Shown here in pieces: positions 15,933 to 22,473 of a DNA stretch of 32,000 bases. Source of the stretch: an archaeon GW2011_AR10 (GTDB lineage: Archaea > Iainarchaeota > Iainarchaeia > Iainarchaeales > GW2011-AR10); NCBI GenBank assembly GCA_000830275.1, contig CP010424.1, forward strand, positions 1,200,001 to 1,232,000. Reading direction: 5' to 3'. The position numbers were made by a program, and so were the translations under genes. The notes below the pieces were generated by a model. That model had not been told where the DNA came from and searched no databases. It saw nothing but the letters and a program-made list of their open reading frames with translations. Each line of letters begins with the position of its first letter. Positions within the stretch are counted from its first letter, which is position 1.

Positions 15933-17144
15933 CTAATTTTCTTTTTGTGGGTTTCTTTTTGGCCTGAAAGCAAACAACCCAATGTTTGTTGTGATTATGG
16001 ACAGCAGTATAACTGATAAAACAATCTGGACAATTGCTTCGCCGCCAGGCACGTTTGATGAGAACGCGTACATTCCGAGGACTGCTGCGGAGAGGCCGCG
16101 CGGCACCATAACGCACGCCAGCCTCTTCTCTTGCTTGGTGAATGAAACCAGGTGAAGTGCAGAAAAAATCTGCAAATAAACTGCTCTGCCGATTACAATT
16201 AGCAGCACTATTATGAGGCCAATTATGATGTATTGCGAGTCCGGCAGCCCGACTATTAGCCCTAAAAACACGAAGAAAAAAACCCTTATGAGGAAAGCCA
16301 TTAGCGAGTGTGTTTTGCTGATGTCTTCATCAAGTTGCTGGAACTCGTTTTCCGGGAAAAGCGATTTAAAAATTATGTGTGCGTTTGCAAGCATTATGCC
16401 TGCAAAAAAAATTGCTATTGCCCCGTTAGAGCCAATTAATTCAGCGAAAGCAAAGAGAAGGATGAAAACACTTAATGTTGCGGTGTAGGAGAAGTCGTAT
16501 TTCTTTAGCTTGTTAATAATCGGCGCCCAAAAAAAACCAAAAAGCAGTCCAACAGATATTCCTGCGAAAAGCTGTAGGAGGGTTCCCTTAAGCAATTCTT
16601 CTGGGTTTAATGCCGGGAGTGCCTGCTGTGAGGAAAGAAAAGCAATCATAACCAATGCTATTACTATTGAAAAATTGTCTGAAATGGATTCAATGAAAAT
16701 GGTTGTCTTAAGCCTTTCAGAAACCTCTTTCATGGGCGAAATTATTGGCATGATTACTGCGGCGCTTGTGCCAGCCAATATTACTGCTATAAGAGTTGAT
16801 GTTTGAATTGAGAGGCCAAAAGCAAGCAGCACAATTATTGCTGTAGCAACAGAGAAGAGCAAGCCTGACAGCATGAGGAGTATTCCAAGCCAGCCGTTTG
16901 AAACAACTTTTTTCAAATCCATGTGCAGTCCACCATCAGAAAGTATCCCTATGATTGCTATTGCTCCAATTAGGCTGGCTGAGCCAAGAATAAAGCTCGC
17001 ATCTATTAGCCCGGTTTCCCCAAGAACCATGCCGAATAAAACAAGCCAGATGGTGTTAGGAATGGATGTTTTCTGGAACAACACGTTCCCAATGAAGCCC
17101 AACAGGATGGTCAAGCCAATTATGGTAATGACGAGTTCAGTCAC
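15933..17144 (-). CDS. cation/proton antiporter (Na+/H+ exchanger family)
   Basis: 403 aa with about 11-12 TM spans. The overall composition and the SDGGLHMD-type segment are typical of CPA-family exchangers. Family-level call only. Confidence 0.6.
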   Translation of the reverse strand: MTELVITIIGLTILLGFIGNVLFQKTSIPNTIWLVLFGMVLGETGLIDASFILGSASLIGAIAIIGILSDGGLHMDLKKVVSNGWLGILLMLSGLLFSVATAIIVLLAFGLSIQTSTLIAVILAGTSAAVIMPIISPMKEVSERLKTTIFIESISDNFSIVIALVMIAFLSSQQALPALNPEELLKGTLLQLFAGISVGLLFGFFWAPIINKLKKYDFSYTATLSVFILLFAFAELIGSNGAIAIFFAGIMLANAHIIFKSLFPENEFQQLDEDISKTHSLMAFLIRVFFFVFLGLIVGLPDSQYIIIGLIIVLLIVIGRAVYLQIFSALHLVSFTKQEKRLACVMVPRGLSAAVLGMYAFSSNVPGGEAIVQIVLSVILLSIITTNIGLFAFRPKRNPQKEN

Positions 17145-17269
17145 TATAACATAACAGTTTTGAGTTTTTTAAAGGTTACAGTTTGGCTTTTGCAGAAAAC
17201 CGCCAGCTGCTTGTTTTCTTTTTTTGGCCAGATAACTTATTTGTTTTGCCTGTTTTTTGTCCGCATACA

Positions 17270-17277
17270 TTTTTATA
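17270..17277 (+). promoter_or_regulatory. TATA-like box for the coiled-coil gene
   Basis: TTTTTATA is centred about 30 nt before ATG 17304. Confidence 0.35.
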
Positions 17278-17303
17278 CTCTTTAACCTACTTTATTTTCG
17301 AAA

Positions 17304-18794
17304 ATGGACAGAAACAAGTTTTTGAAGGATTCAATCAAGAAACTGCTTTATTTGAGTGTTTCGGACGAGGAAATAGTAAAGAACCTAAGCGAAGTAGGGG
17401 TTGAAAGGCAGCTAGCGGAACAGCTCTTGGCTGAATCAAAAAAAGAAATAGCTGTGGGAGAGGAAAAAGAACCGAAGCCCAAGAGAAAAGAGGACAAGAA
17501 GGCAATTGGAAGCGAGTTAAGCGAGGCAATTCCTTCGCCTGCTGCATCAACTTCAGTTGACTTAACCGACCTTTGGAGGAAAGGAGTCCTTGTAACGGTT
17601 GACGCAAAGCTCGCTGAAATGCAGAAACTGAAGGAAAAAGTTGAGGAAAAAATAAGTTCATCGGTGAAAAAGGAGCTTGAAAAGGAGATGAAAAAGTTTG
17701 GAGTAGTTGTGGAATCACAGCGTGTCCTTGTGAGGGAAAAAATTTCTTCAGATGTTAATGCAAAAATAAATGAATTCAATTCGGTTATTGAGGCAAAGGT
17801 TTCTGACCTGAAGGATGAAAGCAACGTAATCCAGCAGCAGCTTGCAAAAGTTGAGGCGCTGAGGAAAAAAAACGAGGGGCTCGTTGAAGAGTTCAACAAC
17901 GCGAAATCCGAGTTAGAGCAGCTGAAGTCAAGGCTCATAAGCCAAGTGAGCTCTTCACTCATCCAGCAGCGCAGCGAAACAGAGAAATTCCTCCAGGAAA
18001 GCGAGCAGAAAAGAAAGGACGTTGATGCGAGAATCAACCGGACACTGGAACTGGAGTCAAAGATTGCTGAGGGGCTGATAAAGGATGTTAACAGGAAAGT
18101 TGAAGAGATTTCCTTGAAGGAGGACAAAAAACTTGAAGGAGAGCTCAAGGCAAGAATAGCTGAACTGGACAGCCTAATCCAGCAGTCCCACCCTGAAACG
18201 CTGAAGGAAATAATTGGTTTGATGACAAAAAAAATCGAACTGATTGACCAAAAACTAGTGGAACTGGACCAGAAGCCTTTGCTCGTGAAAGACGAAATAA
18301 AAAAAATCCAGTTGCTTGAACTGCAAAAATTCAAGGCATTCGAGAAATCACTGCAGGAGCAAATGGAAAAGCAGGTAAACTATTACTTGGATGAAAAATA
18401 CGTTGAGTGGAGCAAGAACTTCAACCAAAAGCTTGCGGAAATGGACCAATCCCAGGCAGAGCTTACAAAAAAAGCCCAAAAGCAGGTTGACGACATCAAT
18501 AAGTTAAAGAAGCAGGTTGACCTTGACACAATCAAGGCAACAATGGAGGGCCTCGACTTGTTCAAGCAGCAGTTCATTAACACTGTTCAGAAAAACGTTC
18601 AAGAATTCAACAAGGCAAAAACCGAACTGGCCGAGCTGATACAGAAAAGAGAGGCAATGGTGGACGAGCACATTAAAGCCGTTGACATGAAATTAGAGGA
18701 ACTAGACAAATTCGAAAAAAGGTTTGCAGAGGAAATGGGTTTATCCATTGACACGCTAACTGAAAAGAGGTCAGCGAAAAAAGCCAAGAAATAA
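17304..18794 (+). CDS. large coiled-coil protein (hypothetical)
   Basis: 496 aa. A small N-terminal domain of about 45 aa is followed by more than 400 aa of Lys/Glu/Leu-rich heptad-like sequence. The antisense 328-aa ORF is a mirror artefact. Confidence 0.6.
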   Translation: MDRNKFLKDSIKKLLYLSVSDEEIVKNLSEVGVERQLAEQLLAESKKEIAVGEEKEPKPKRKEDKKAIGSELSEAIPSPAASTSVDLTDLWRKGVLVTVDAKLAEMQKLKEKVEEKISSSVKKELEKEMKKFGVVVESQRVLVREKISSDVNAKINEFNSVIEAKVSDLKDESNVIQQQLAKVEALRKKNEGLVEEFNNAKSELEQLKSRLISQVSSSLIQQRSETEKFLQESEQKRKDVDARINRTLELESKIAEGLIKDVNRKVEEISLKEDKKLEGELKARIAELDSLIQQSHPETLKEIIGLMTKKIELIDQKLVELDQKPLLVKDEIKKIQLLELQKFKAFEKSLQEQMEKQVNYYLDEKYVEWSKNFNQKLAEMDQSQAELTKKAQKQVDDINKLKKQVDLDTIKATMEGLDLFKQQFINTVQKNVQEFNKAKTELAELIQKREAMVDEHIKAVDMKLEELDKFEKRFAEEMGLSIDTLTEKRSAKKAKK

Positions 18795-18890
18795 CGGCAG
18801 CAGTGCTTTTAATGTAGAAAACCCCATAAATAGGCTTAAAAACAGGAATTAAATTAATTATAACAGGCTCACTTTTTTGGAGGATTAATA

Positions 18891-19067
18891 ATGGTTAGAC
18901 AGGAGACTAAACTAAAGTGTATTAGATGCGGCTACTTCATTGTATTGGACAGCCCGAGAGCCAAAGAAGTCAGTTGCCCGAAGTGCTCGCAGCAGTGGAA
19001 ACTAATCAAAGAAGAAGACGAACTCTTTCTAGAACCGATTGAAACAATAACAGAAAAATCACCCTAA
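18891..19067 (+). CDS. 58-aa zinc-ribbon protein (hypothetical)
   Basis: Below the ORF-track cutoff. GGAGG lies 7 nt before ATG 18891. The product MVRQETKLKCIRCGYFIVLDSPRAKEVSCPKCSQQWKL has CxxC...CxxC. Confidence 0.5.
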   Translation: MVRQETKLKCIRCGYFIVLDSPRAKEVSCPKCSQQWKLIKEEDELFLEPIETITEKSP

Positions 19068-19118
19068 TTTCCTAAAAGTTGCTTTAAAATTTTTTCCCAC
19101 CAAGAAATCATTCAACCC

Positions 19119-19236
19119 AAAAGATACCTCGGCTTTTAAGTCGCGGTTATTGGCCTCGGTATCTTTTCCGTTGACGGGTTCATGACGTCCATTAAATGTT
19201 GGGATACCCCTGCCTTTAGGCATGGGAGGACGTCAT
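19119..19236 (+). other. two long perfect hairpins (structured RNA or leader of unknown function)
   Basis: AAAAGATACC (19119-19128) pairs with GGTATCTTTT (19158-19167). ATGACGTCC (19182-19190) pairs with GGACGTCAT (19228-19236), enclosing CCCTGCC-TTTA-GGCATGGG. A further 9-bp hairpin is CCTTTGCAC/GTGCAAAGG at 19339-19375. Confidence 0.4.
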
Positions 19237-19245
19237 TTGCTTGAA

Positions 19246-19265
19246 GGGCCTATGGTCTACCGGTA
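19246..19265 (+). pseudogene. orphan tRNA 5' fragment (acceptor 5' strand plus D-arm start)
   Basis: GGGCCTATGGTCTACCGGTA compared with the tRNA-Val 5' end GGGCCTGTGGTCTAGTGGTTA. GGGCCTA is the perfect complement of TAGGCCC at 21168-21174. No anticodon arm or T arm follows. Confidence 0.55.
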
Positions 19266-19441
19266 TGATTCATTCTAATTTTTTCAGACACCTCCAATTT
19301 AGAATTTTTTCTTAGGACTCTGATTTTCTCGGCTTAAACCTTTGCACGTCTGAATCTCTAATTTTTGTGCAAAGGATTTAATGCCTCCAAAATCAACAGA
19401 GACGTCCACGAAAAAATTCATCATTCATTGGAGGTGATTCG

Positions 19442-19576
19442 ATGAAAAATTTTAATTTTCAAATTCCCTCAAAGGGAGAACTCAGAAGAGCTCTAGGATT
19501 AGCTCACTCAAATCCAGAAGAACTAACTGACAGGGAGCTTTGGATTCTAGAAGAGTTTGGAGGAGATTTTCAGTGA
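19442..19576 (+). CDS. 44-aa hypothetical protein, first gene of the three-ORF cassette
   Basis: GGAGGTGA (19430-19437) lies 4 nt before the ATG. The product is MKNFNFQIPSKGELRRALGLAHSNPEELTDRELWILEEFGGDFQ. Its stop overlaps the next start (GTGA). Confidence 0.4.
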   Translation: MKNFNFQIPSKGELRRALGLAHSNPEELTDRELWILEEFGGDFQ

Positions 19577-19725
19577 GCTTTATTCTTCTATTTCTTTTTA
19601 GCTTGATTTTCTTTCCTCTGCTCTTTATTCTTGATGCATTTGGATTTAATGAAGAAGCATATGAGATAGCGAAATATCTAGTAGCTTTTTTCTTAGGAAT
19701 GCTTGTTTGGGAGTTGGTGTTATGA
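19573..19725 (+). CDS. 50-aa hydrophobic (two-TM) protein (hypothetical)
   Basis: Same frame as ORF track 19540..19725. The GTG at 19573 overlaps the upstream stop, and its own stop overlaps the next ATG (ATGA at 19722). Confidence 0.4.
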   Translation: MSFILLFLFSLIFFPLLFILDAFGFNEEAYEIAKYLVAFFLGMLVWELVL

Positions 19726-20867
19726 ATCCCGCACCGGAAATGAACCCTCAAATTCGATATAAATCTAAAAAACTAATTTCTTTTATGAAAAGCCTTTCTG
19801 GTTATACAATAGAAGAAAAAAGAGTATTGCTTGAAGATCCAAAACTATTTTTTAGAGCAATTAAAGAATCTCCAAAATACCTTTCTTGGAATTCTCTTGT
19901 CGAAGATGTTAGTTGTGCAAATACAACTTTGAAAAAGTATAGGCGAGGAGAGTTAACTATCCGAGGAGATATTTTCCTTAAACTTTTGAGTTATTTAAGT
20001 AAAAATCAAAAGCAAAGACTAATTTCCAAGATAAATTTAGTGAATTCTAATTGGGGTGCAATTAAGGGCGGTAAGCGAGGTTTTGCAGTAATAAAAGAAA
20101 AGTATGGTGAAAACTATTTGGAGATGCTAAGAGTCAAAGGTCAGCGAGCAAGTTTGAATAGCCCATTGTTCATTACCAAACCAATGGAAATTACTATCCC
20201 TTCAAGCATTACTATGGAAATTGCAGAGCTATTTGGAGCCTATCTTGGGGATGGAACTTTAACAAAATATTTTATGAGAATTGCAGGGGATAAGCGACTG
20301 GATAAGTATTATTTCATCTATCTTTCAGGATTAATCAAAAAGAATTTTGGATTGAGTTCAACCATAAAAGAGATAAGCCTTTCTACAAATCAACTTTGCT
20401 TGGAAATAAGATCAAAAAGATTTGTGGATTATTTCAGACATGTTTTTCAACTGAAAATAGGGAATAAAATTAGAAATTCATCAAAAATTCCTGAATTTAT
20501 TATAGAAGACAAGGAATTAGCAAAAGCGTGTTTGAGAGGGTTGATGGATACTGACGGATCTTTTTCAAGGAGGTCAACATATATGTGTTTAGCTTTTACG
20601 TCCCATAGCCCTATACTGCTAGGCCAAGTTCATAATCTTGGTTTAAAATTTGGGTATTTTTCCTATAAATTTAAAGATCAAGTAGGTTCTAATTCTTCTG
20701 GCAGAATAAAGAAGTATTTCTCAGAAGTTGGCAGTTCAAATTTGAGGCATATAGTCCGTTACCATGAACATCTTAAAAATAACCGTTTTTTGTATTCTGA
20801 GGAAACATTAAAATATTTTCCTGAATATCAAAATCTTATGCTGCCATATTATGGGCCTGTGGTCTAG
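19722..20867 (+). CDS. double-motif LAGLIDADG homing-endonuclease-like protein with an N-terminal helical (HTH-like) extension
   Basis: ORF track 19707..20867, trimmed to ATG 19722. The two LAGLIDADG motifs are ELFGAYLGDGTL and CLRGLMDTDGSF, about 100 aa apart. The gene is AT-rich (spot counts 16/60 and 20/60 G+C). Its last 5 codons and stop lie inside tRNA-Val. Confidence 0.8.
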   Translation: MNPAPEMNPQIRYKSKKLISFMKSLSGYTIEEKRVLLEDPKLFFRAIKESPKYLSWNSLVEDVSCANTTLKKYRRGELTIRGDIFLKLLSYLSKNQKQRLISKINLVNSNWGAIKGGKRGFAVIKEKYGENYLEMLRVKGQRASLNSPLFITKPMEITIPSSITMEIAELFGAYLGDGTLTKYFMRIAGDKRLDKYYFIYLSGLIKKNFGLSSTIKEISLSTNQLCLEIRSKRFVDYFRHVFQLKIGNKIRNSSKIPEFIIEDKELAKACLRGLMDTDGSFSRRSTYMCLAFTSHSPILLGQVHNLGLKFGYFSYKFKDQVGSNSSGRIKKYFSEVGSSNLRHIVRYHEHLKNNRFLYSEETLKYFPEYQNLMLPYYGPVV

Positions 20868-20963
20868 TGGTTAGAGAGCTTAGGAAAAATTAATCTTGGC
20901 TCTCCCGCAAATGACGTTACCTTGACATGGTAAAGATCGGCAGTTCGATTCTGCCCAGGCCCA
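20853..20963 (+). tRNA. tRNA-Val(GAC) with a non-canonical intron of about 38 nt in the D arm
   Basis: Folded by eye. Acceptor GGGCCTG/CAGGCCC; D arm GTCT-AGTGGTTA-G[insert about 20875-20912]GAC; position 26 is G. The anticodon arm TTACC-TTGACAT-GGTAA gives anticodon GAC at 20924-20926. Variable loop AGATC; T arm GGCAG-TTCGATT-CTGCC; discriminator A. The insert contains the helix GAGAGC/GCTCTC. Removing it leaves a 73-nt cloverleaf. Confidence 0.8.
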
Positions 20964-20974
20964 CTTTAAATCAG

Positions 20975-21142
20975 GTAATTCCACCGTTTTCAAACGGTAG
21001 TCAGGTAAAACTTTGACAAATCAAGTGATTGCTCCATATTTCATTTTGTCAAAGTTTTAGTGGAATTACTACTGTCAAGAACCACTTGCTTGTTTTGGAA
21101 TTTTATAAACATGCCACTGACTTTAGTCGGTGGTTCTTGACA
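20975..21142 (+). repeat. twin-hairpin element, copy Y
   Basis: Hairpin 1 is GTAATTCCAC (20975-20984) paired with GTGGAATTAC (21060-21069). It encloses CCGTTT/AAACGG and a perfect 15-bp hairpin TAAAACTTTGACAAA/TTTGTCAAAGTTTTA. Hairpin 2 is TGTCAAGAACCAC (21073-21085) paired with GTGGTTCTTGACA (21130-21142). Confidence 0.6.
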
Positions 21143-21150
21143 ACAATTTA

Positions 21151-21175
21151 GGCGGTTCGACTCCGCCTAGGCCCA
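21151..21175 (+). pseudogene. orphan tRNA 3' fragment (T arm plus acceptor 3' strand plus discriminator)
   Basis: GGCGG-TTCGACT-CCGCC-TAGGCCC-A compared with the tRNA-Val 3' end GGCAG-TTCGATT-CTGCC-CAGGCCC-A. The trailers are also similar. No matching anticodon arm lies immediately upstream. Confidence 0.6.
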
Positions 21176-21238
21176 CTAATTTAGCTAGGAAAACAGTATG
21201 GCCTGCATTTAAAGTTTTTTTTGTAAGCTATTTATTTT

Positions 21239-21460
21239 ATGGGCAAATCCTATAAAATCGTTGTTGAAAAAGGATTTGACGGCTATTTAGTTGCAGAGGT
21301 GCCAGAGTTCCCAGGCTGTTATACTCAAGCGAAAACCATGAAAGAACTCATGTACAATGCCAAAGAAGCGATTGAACTGTATCTTGAGTCGGAAAAAGAA
21401 TTGAAAAGAAGGCCCCAGAAAAGGTTTTTAGGCATAAAAGAAGTTGTCATAAATGCCTAA
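21239..21460 (+). CDS. hicB: HicB-family (UPF0150) antitoxin-like protein
   Basis: KIVVEKGFDGYLVAEVPEFPGCYTQAKTMKELMYNAKEAIELYLE is the typical HicB N-terminal domain. 73 aa. Confidence 0.8.
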   Translation: MGKSYKIVVEKGFDGYLVAEVPEFPGCYTQAKTMKELMYNAKEAIELYLESEKELKRRPQKRFLGIKEVVINA

Positions 21461-21509
21461 ACTAAAACCGGTTTCTTCAAAAATTAATACTTTGTTGTTG
21501 CACAAGTAA
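21453..21509 (+). pseudogene. hicA: truncated hicA remnant (18 codons)
   Basis: The ATG overlaps the hicB stop. MPKLKPVSSK matches the usual HicA N-terminus, but the frame stops after 18 codons and runs into the 3' end of the convergent gene at 21484. Confidence 0.5.
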
Positions 21510-22473
21510 GGGTTTTTTCTTTCTGCTTTTTTGCAACTTTTTTTTCTAAAATTAGCTGGTCAAGCTTTAAGCAGACAGTGCAAGTGGAAGTCGTTGTTGC
21601 ATTACCGCACCTCTCACAATACCTTGCTTTTCCATGCTCCGCGGTTTTCTCGAGCAGCGGCTTCAATTGCTCGAAAGAACGGAGCACTGAAAACTTTGTT
21701 CCAGGCAAATTTGCTTCCATTTTGTTCAGCATTTCACGAAAATAATTTCGCTTTGCTTGGCTGGAGAAAGGGCAGCACTCATCCGAGTAATGAGGCAGCT
21801 CTTTTAATGCCGCGAAAGCAATCACTTCTTTTTCAGGGCTTTCATACAATGGTTTAATTCTTGGCACCAATCCCTTGATTCCGTTGCTGCCAACAACTGC
21901 TCCCAGTCTTGCCATTCTGCTGAAATCGTTGTCAAAAAAGTTCATGCAGATGCTCTGCACTTCGTCATCCAAGTTGTGGCCTGTTGCAATTCTGTCAGCT
22001 CCAACATCAACTGCTCCCTTGTTGAGGAGATGGCGCCTGAAAACGCCGCAAAAAGAGCACGTGCTTCCCAAGCCGGAATTCAAATCAATTTTTTCCTTTA
22101 CTTCCTCCATGGAAACTGCAAGCTCTTTCTTGTAAGAGTAAACAGTGAAAGCAATGCACAGTTCCTTGCACAGAGCTTTTCCTTCCGCAAGTGCTTTATC
22201 CCTGTAGCCCGGGATTCCTTCATCAATCATTACTGCTTCAATTTCGTTGACACGAGAAAACATTTTATGTAGAAGATAAAGGGTTGTCGCTGAATCCTTG
22301 CCGCCTGAAACCCCGACAGCAATTTTTTCCCCTGCCTTAACCATTCCATGTTTTCTGGTGGTTCTCCGCACGCGGTTCTCGAAAAAGTATAGGAAGTGCT
22401 CCTCGCAGAAGTTGTGTGGGCCGTAAGGCAAAAGCATTTTTGCTTCCTTGCTGCAGCGCTCGCATGAAACCAT
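21484..22473 (-). CDS. PP-loop tRNA 2-thiolation enzyme (Ncs6/NcsA/TtuA family)
   Basis: It has an N-terminal CxxC...C zinc motif, the PP-loop VGVSGGKDSATT, then GHNLDDE and a C-terminal CERCG...CTVC zinc ribbon. Confidence 0.8.
   Translation of the reverse strand: MVSCERCSKEAKMLLPYGPHNFCEEHFLYFFENRVRRTTRKHGMVKAGEKIAVGVSGGKDSATTLYLLHKMFSRVNEIEAVMIDEGIPGYRDKALAEGKALCKELCIAFTVYSYKKELAVSMEEVKEKIDLNSGLGSTCSFCGVFRRHLLNKGAVDVGADRIATGHNLDDEVQSICMNFFDNDFSRMARLGAVVGSNGIKGLVPRIKPLYESPEKEVIAFAALKELPHYSDECCPFSSQAKRNYFREMLNKMEANLPGTKFSVLRSFEQLKPLLEKTAEHGKARYCERCGNATTTSTCTVCLKLDQLILEKKVAKKQKEKTLTCATTKY

Noticed and set aside
17348-18334. 328-aa minus-strand ORF (plus 17335..17718, 18383..18583 and 18599..18787) overlapping the coiled-coil gene
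   Set aside because: It is Ser/Phe/Leu-rich low-complexity sequence, the expected mirror image of GAA/AAG-rich sense codons. It has no motifs or start context, and the plus-strand gene explains the region.
19291-19437. CCTCC (19291) paired with GGAGG (19430-19434) as an anticodon stem, extending the orphan 5' tRNA fragment into a multi-intron tRNA
   Set aside because: No acceptable 7-nt anticodon loop (U33, purine 37) can be placed at either end. GGAGGTGA is the same SD-like word found before two other starts at the same spacing, so it is better read as the ribosome-binding site of the 19442 ORF.
19119-19440. The hairpin-rich region as RNase P RNA, SRP RNA or a C/D-box sRNA
   Set aside because: I could not find the conserved RNase P CR-I/CR-IV/CR-V words, the SRP helix-8 GNAR/AGCA motifs, or RUGAUGA/CUGA box pairs. 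It remains unassigned structured sequence.
19482-19751. 89-aa minus-strand ORF opposite the small cassette ORFs
   Set aside because: It is antisense to three plus-strand ORFs that are linked by SD and overlap signals. It is basic and low-complexity, and no upstream signals were seen.
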